From the sequence record PV340539: a stretch of 40,804 bases of DNA. One strand, written 5' to 3'. Below, piece by piece: positions 37,101-40,804 of the stretch. This stretch comes from Escherichia phage mEp234. A program made the position numbers and the translations under genes. The notes below the pieces were generated by a model, which was not told where the DNA came from, made no database searches, and was given only the letters and a program-made list of their open reading frames with translations. The number at the start of each line of letters is the position of its first letter. Within the stretch, counting starts at the first letter, position 1.

Positions 37101-37602
37101 ATCTGGCGAAAACAGTGCCGCGATAAATGTCAACGCACAGGCTATCGCAGATGTAAACGGTAACCTAAGTGCGATGTACAACATCAAGGTTGGTGTCTCC
37201 AGCAATGGACAGTATTACGCCGCGGGGATGGGTATCGGCGTGGAGAATACGCCATCCGGCATGCAGTCGCAGGTTATCTTCCTGGCTGATCGCTTCGCCG
37301 TCACCACGGCGGCCGGAAATAGCGTGGCTTTGCCGTTCGTGATCCAGAACGGGCAGACATTCATCCGGGCCAGTTTCATCCAGGACGGCACTATCAGCAA
37401 CGCAAAGATTGGTAATTTTATCCAGTCGAACAATTATGTTGCTGGTTCTGCTGGCTGGAAGCTTGATAAAGGGGGGACGTTTGAGAACTACGGTTCGACT
37501 GCTGGTGAGGGAGCCATGAAACTGACAAATCAGACGATCAGCGTCAAAGATGGCAGTAATGTTCTTAGGGTGCAGGTTGGCCGATTAACGGGAGTATTCT
37601 GA
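34147..37602 (+). CDS. J: Central tail fibre / host specificity protein J-like
   Basis: 1151 aa; conserved J-like N-terminal two-thirds with fibronectin-type region; divergent C-terminus. Confidence 0.9.
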   Translation: MATDKVLKGRKGGSSSSRTPTEQPDDLQSVAKAKILVALGEGEFAGQLTGKDIYLDGTALENADGSQNFSGVTWEFRAGTQAQKYIQGIPGTENEISVGTEVSSATAWTRTFTNTQLSAVRLRLKWPSLFKQEDDGDLVGYSVNYAIDLQTDGGTWQTVLNTSVTGKTTSGYERSHRIDLPQAGSTWTIRLRKITSDANSAKIGDTMMLQSFTEVIDAKLRYPNTALLYVEFDSSQFNGSIPQISCEPRGRVIRVPDTYDPETRTYSGTWTGAFKWAWTDNPAWIFYDLVVSDRFGLGHRLTAANIDKWTLYQVAQYCDQMVPDGKGGNGTEPRYTCNVYIQDRNDAYTVLRDFAAIFRGMTYWGGDQIVALADMPRDVDYSYTRANVVGGRFTYSSSTTKSRYTTALVSWSDPGNAYADAMEPVFEQALVARYGFNQLEMTAIGCTRQSEANRKGRWGILTNNKDRVVSFDVGLDGNIPQPGYIIAVADELLSGKVMGGRISAVNGRVIKLDRVADAAPGDRLILNLPSGASQSRTIQAVNGESVTVTTAYSETPQAEAVWVVESDELYAQQYRVVSVSDNGDGTFSITGAWHDPDKYARIDTGAIIDQRPVSVIPPGNQSPPANIVISSFSVVQQNISVETMRVSWDQAQNAIAYEAQWRRNDGNWVNVPRTSTTSFDVPGIYAGRYLVRVRAINAAEISSGWGYSEEKTLTGKVGNPPKPVGFIASENVVFGIELNWGFPANTDDTLKTEIQYSLTGTEDDAMLLADVPYPQRKYQQMGLKAGQIFWYRAQLVDRSGNESGYTEWVRGQASIDVSDITDVILEDMKGSDTFKDLIENAVDSNEKIAGMADEIKNHADELEQQAKDIQENADGLAQAEVKIDEISVSMDGMTGGVKNSAIAIIQNGLAQVVSRRSQTATNAGNSASIDRIDTTIADTSSAVARALVTLDASAGGNISNSTDLTETLADFTQASATKINTLNVKSGENSAAINVNAQAIADVNGNLSAMYNIKVGVSSNGQYYAAGMGIGVENTPSGMQSQVIFLADRFAVTTAAGNSVALPFVIQNGQTFIRASFIQDGTISNAKIGNFIQSNNYVAGSAGWKLDKGGTFENYGSTAGEGAMKLTNQTISVKDGSNVLRVQVGRLTGVF

Positions 37603-37603
37603 A

Positions 37604-37906
37604 ATGGCTTATGGAATACAGACCTGGGATGCTTCAGGAAAACCCAACAACTATGGCATCAAACCCGTTTCCGTCGTTGGGCGAATACAGCTGGCTGCCG
37701 GGCAAACCTCCGGCAGCTGGTCTTTTACGGTGCCCTCAGGAATGAAAGTTGGTTTTGTTCTTTCACTTGATGAAGGAGGTAACAGCGTAGGGCGGCGCAT
37801 TGTCGCGTCAGGGAGCACAATAACCGTAAGCGCTGCATCTTCTGTAGGTCTGGGTAATTATCCGGCCTCAAAGTGTGAAGTGGTCGTTTTCATGGAGAAA
37901 GCATAA
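37604..37906 (+). CDS. Hypothetical protein (100 aa) downstream of J
   Basis: ORF tightly coupled to J stop. Confidence 0.5.
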   Translation: MAYGIQTWDASGKPNNYGIKPVSVVGRIQLAAGQTSGSWSFTVPSGMKVGFVLSLDEGGNSVGRRIVASGSTITVSAASSVGLGNYPASKCEVVVFMEKA

Positions 37907-38544
37907 TGGCCGAATTTGGCGCGATGATATTAATGGACAACGGGAACCCATTTGTAACGCCCCAGTCAACGCCTTTTTGTCTTTACGGCAAGTACACTTT
38001 CAACTCCTCTGCTAATGGCAGTTCGCAGCAGGTTGCTCAGAATATTGCATTAAATGCTGACTACCCTGTGATGGTATTTATCAGGACCACAAATACCGCC
38101 CAGCCCACGCCAGTAATATCTTACCGGAACGGCGGAAATATATATGTCGCGGGGGTTAATCCCTATAACCAGAGCTTCACGTTAACCGCATATATTTTTG
38201 CCATATTTCCCCAGACGTTACCGAAATGGGGGATGGCCATCTGGGATTCGAGCGGGAAGCTGGTACTCACTAATGAGTCCCGCGTGCTGTCAGACTTGCA
38301 GACAATCGGAACGCCTGGAGCAAACGGCGGGATTAACATTGACCAGACGCTTGATGGTTCATGGGCAGTGGCTCCATCAAGGCTGGGGCAAGTGAACAGA
38401 AACGACGCTTACTCATCTTGTAGGTATTCAGGCACAAGTACAAGAATAAACGCCGGTACAGCCGCAAATACACCTGGCGGTGCTGGAGGGGTGATAAATA
38501 ATGGAATTATCCTGACAGCAATTAAAACAGACGCCTATGATTGA
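37906..38544 (+). CDS. Hypothetical protein (212 aa) downstream of J; shares a short 'WD(A/S)SGK' segment with the preceding ORF
   Basis: ATGA-coupled to the 100-aa ORF. Confidence 0.5.
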   Translation: MAEFGAMILMDNGNPFVTPQSTPFCLYGKYTFNSSANGSSQQVAQNIALNADYPVMVFIRTTNTAQPTPVISYRNGGNIYVAGVNPYNQSFTLTAYIFAIFPQTLPKWGMAIWDSSGKLVLTNESRVLSDLQTIGTPGANGGINIDQTLDGSWAVAPSRLGQVNRNDAYSSCRYSGTSTRINAGTAANTPGGAGGVINNGIILTAIKTDAYD

Positions 38545-38651
38545 TTGTTTTGAGCGATCAATAACAAATAATTTATCTATCTAATCAATTATATCCATCG
38601 ATTATGTATTGGTATCTTCGAAGCTACTGAATACCTCTGGATACTATCAAA

Positions 38652-38885
38652 ATGAAAAGGCTAATTATCTGCATAGCGGGCGCTTTAATGCTGTCTGGTT
38701 GCGCTGGTGTACTTGAGAAACAGAAACCGATTTGCAGCGGCACGGCATATATGGGTGGCCATGAGAATACCGTTATGATTTACGCCGTTCGAAAGCAAAA
38801 CAACCAGACGCAATACCGGGCCGGATATCCCTTTAACTGGCGCTGGGTAAGTGCGAACACATTCACAAGCACGACATGTAAATAA
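38652..38885 (+). CDS. Small lipoprotein (77 aa), Cor-like superinfection-exclusion candidate
   Basis: Signal peptide + lipobox 'LSGCAG'; AT-rich upstream region and downstream hairpin/U-run; typical position for lambdoid cor genes. Confidence 0.55.
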   Translation: MKRLIICIAGALMLSGCAGVLEKQKPICSGTAYMGGHENTVMIYAVRKQNNQTQYRAGYPFNWRWVSANTFTSTTCK

Positions 38886-38905
38886 CTCATGATTTTCAAT
38901 GCAAA

Positions 38906-38927
38906 CCTCGCCTCGGCGGGGTTTTTT
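38906..38927 (+). terminator. Putative intrinsic terminator after lipoprotein gene
   Basis: GC hairpin 'cctcgcctcggcgggg' + TTTTTT. Confidence 0.45.
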
Positions 38928-38943
38928 ATTGCCTGGAGAAAAT

Positions 38944-40212
38944 ATGCTTTATAACACTGGAACCATCGCCATTAACGGAAACAGCGCCACCGGCACGGGC
39001 ACGAACTGGACGGCAACCGCCAGCCAGGTTCGCGCTGGCCAGACGATTATCGTGATGTCTAACCCGGTGCAGCTGTTCCAGATTTCATCCGTGAACAGCG
39101 CCACGTCAATGACGGTTACGCCAGCTGCATCACCGGCGCTGAGCGGCCAGAAGTACGGCATTCTGGTATCAGACAATATCTCGGTTGATGGGCTGGCGCT
39201 GGCCATGTCGCAGCTTATCAAGGAGTATGACGAGAATATTGGTGCGTGGGAGACGTTCGCCACAACCTCAGCCAACCAGAACATTACCGTTACGATCAAT
39301 GGCACCAGTTTATCAATCCCGGCTCTTGGGAAATTACTGCAGAAGGGGAGCAACGGAGCTTTGCCGGTTAATCAAGGTGGTACCGGCGCAACGAATGCCG
39401 CAGACGCTCGCACAAACCTTGGTCTGGGAAGTGCGGCGACAAAAAACACAGGAGCGTCCTTCGGCGATGTAATGACAGTGGGGGCTTTTGGGCTGGGAAG
39501 CGTTGCGGACGGGTACTACTACGGTGCGCCAACGGGGTTTTACGGCAGCCCTCCGGATAACCCAAGCAGTGGCATTGGGGTAGCAACAATAAAGAGCGTT
39601 GTGGGTGGATATTCAACAGATTTATCCATGACCCTTGCATCCACAGCCCGCCTTTTTCTGAGAAATATCGGACCTGGTGGCGGCGGTCTATGGGCAGAAT
39701 TTTACAGCAACAGAAATACTACAACAGCTGCAGACGGAACCCTGAAAGTGGCATCCCCCATTGTTAAAATACTTCACGATGGTCGGCATGAAAACAATGA
39801 TGAATCTTATGGCTGCACAGTTACCAGGCTCGGGGTTGGTGAATATCTCATTGAAGGATGTACGGGGCTCAATTCTGATGCAGCCTGGGGTGGTATCGAT
39901 GGCGGCTTTGACATCCCCAAAGATCGAAACAGGCAACCACTGATATGGCTGGACTATGAGATCAACGCTGACGGTTCGGTGCTGGTAAAAACCTATCATC
40001 GTACCCATCCTGACGCTCCAGTTTTTGCACGTAACGAGCGGGACGGATACGCCAGTGGTGACCCGATTGATATTCCTGCCGACCAGTTCGTGTCAGTACG
40101 TGTAGAGATGCCACGCGACAGTATCTGGCACCAGAAACAGAAGGAGATGCGGGAAGTGATGGAGGACGCTGAGCGTGGGCGCCAGCAAAATCAGCAGAAT
40201 ACCCAGTCGTAA
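38944..40212 (+). CDS. Side tail fibre protein
   Basis: ~422 aa from 'MLYNTGTIAINGNSATGTGTNWTA...'; 'LPVNQGGTGATNAADARTNLGLGSAA' fibre motif; track ORF begins at 38899. Confidence 0.8.
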   Translation: MLYNTGTIAINGNSATGTGTNWTATASQVRAGQTIIVMSNPVQLFQISSVNSATSMTVTPAASPALSGQKYGILVSDNISVDGLALAMSQLIKEYDENIGAWETFATTSANQNITVTINGTSLSIPALGKLLQKGSNGALPVNQGGTGATNAADARTNLGLGSAATKNTGASFGDVMTVGAFGLGSVADGYYYGAPTGFYGSPPDNPSSGIGVATIKSVVGGYSTDLSMTLASTARLFLRNIGPGGGGLWAEFYSNRNTTTAADGTLKVASPIVKILHDGRHENNDESYGCTVTRLGVGEYLIEGCTGLNSDAAWGGIDGGFDIPKDRNRQPLIWLDYEINADGSVLVKTYHRTHPDAPVFARNERDGYASGDPIDIPADQFVSVRVEMPRDSIWHQKQKEMREVMEDAERGRQQNQQNTQS

Positions 40213-40726
40213 AAATTATAACTGCCGCAACCATGCCGTATGCAAGAGCATGATTGCGGCCGACTAGCGAACGTTCGATAGTGCGAGTATTGAATGATTT
40301 CAAGCCGTTACCGATTTTACTATGTTTTCAGTAGAACGCTTAGACAAAACTGAGGCGCACAAAGCTTTGCACTGGATTGCAAGACTTTGTTCTATTCGAT
40401 AGTTTAAGGTCGCTCACTCTACCTTTTCATCAAGCCAGTCCGCCCACCACAGCATCATTTCTCTGCGCTTAATGTAGCGGATGCCTCACTATCACATAGT
40501 GATGGTTCATTACTGCTTTGTAGAATGGATAGAGAACTGAGGATAAAAAGATATCCCAAAACCCCAAAATCTCATCTTTAGGATTTGCAGAAAGGGAGGC
40601 GTGAACAGATACCTGCGCATGAAGACGGAACTAGTCCAGATGTGATATTTGTGGTGATCACATACATCATCAACGATGCTCGTTATGGTGAGTTTGATGA
40701 CTACCCGCTGAAGTGAAAATAGTGTT

Positions 40727-40749
40727 GTGTACCAAATTGCGTACCAAAC
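40727..40749 (+). repeat. Two GTACCAAA direct repeats near the right end; putative integrase arm-type sites (attR-side arm)
   Basis: 'tgtgtaccaaatt' + 'gcgtaccaaacta', same orientation as the 178-224 cluster. Confidence 0.4.
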
Positions 40750-40804
40750 TAAAATCACAAATCATGAAACCCTTGTTCATGGCGGTTCTCAGGGGTATTG
40801 CGCG

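Noticed and set aside
36525-37205. 226-aa minus-strand ORF inside the J-like gene
   Set aside because: Antisense to J; hydrophobic low-complexity translation; no start context.
40510-40758. 82-aa minus-strand ORF near the right end
   Set aside because: Hydrophobic low-complexity frame overlapping the putative arm-site repeats; no RBS; likely non-coding att-arm DNA.

Overview
The window is one ~40.8 kb mosaic lambdoid prophage from an enterobacterial genome, apparently near-complete. All calls come from reading the ORF translations and DNA motifs by eye and from memory of known families; no searches or alignments were run. Left to right: arm-type repeats and a P4-type tyrosine integrase with a convergent AlpA/Xis-like gene; a leftward early operon (cIII, Kil-like, small ORFs, Erf, a truncated ssb-like ORF) interrupted by a 1221-bp IS3-family element; a lambda-type immunity region (pL/oL, cI, oR, cro) combined with a P22-type N and P22-type boxB hairpins. 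The main finding is that the slot lambda uses for rexA-rexB, between cI and the t-imm terminator, holds a different cassette: a 32-aa hydrophobic ORF, a HicA-like gene, a HicB-like gene and a translationally coupled, strongly acidic 141-aa protein of unknown function. Rightward follow cII-like, an iteron-containing replication initiator, a DnaB-type helicase, a lambda-like nin region, Q, pR'/tR', S-R-Rz/Rz1, a KilA-N protein, HNH endonuclease, an HK97-type packaging/head module and a lambda-like tail module (G/GT frameshift, H, M, L, K, I, J). The tail module carries two paralogous small membrane-protein morons, a Cor-like lipoprotein moron and a side tail fibre. Core att sites appear to lie just outside the window; GTACCAAA arm-type repeats sit at both ends.
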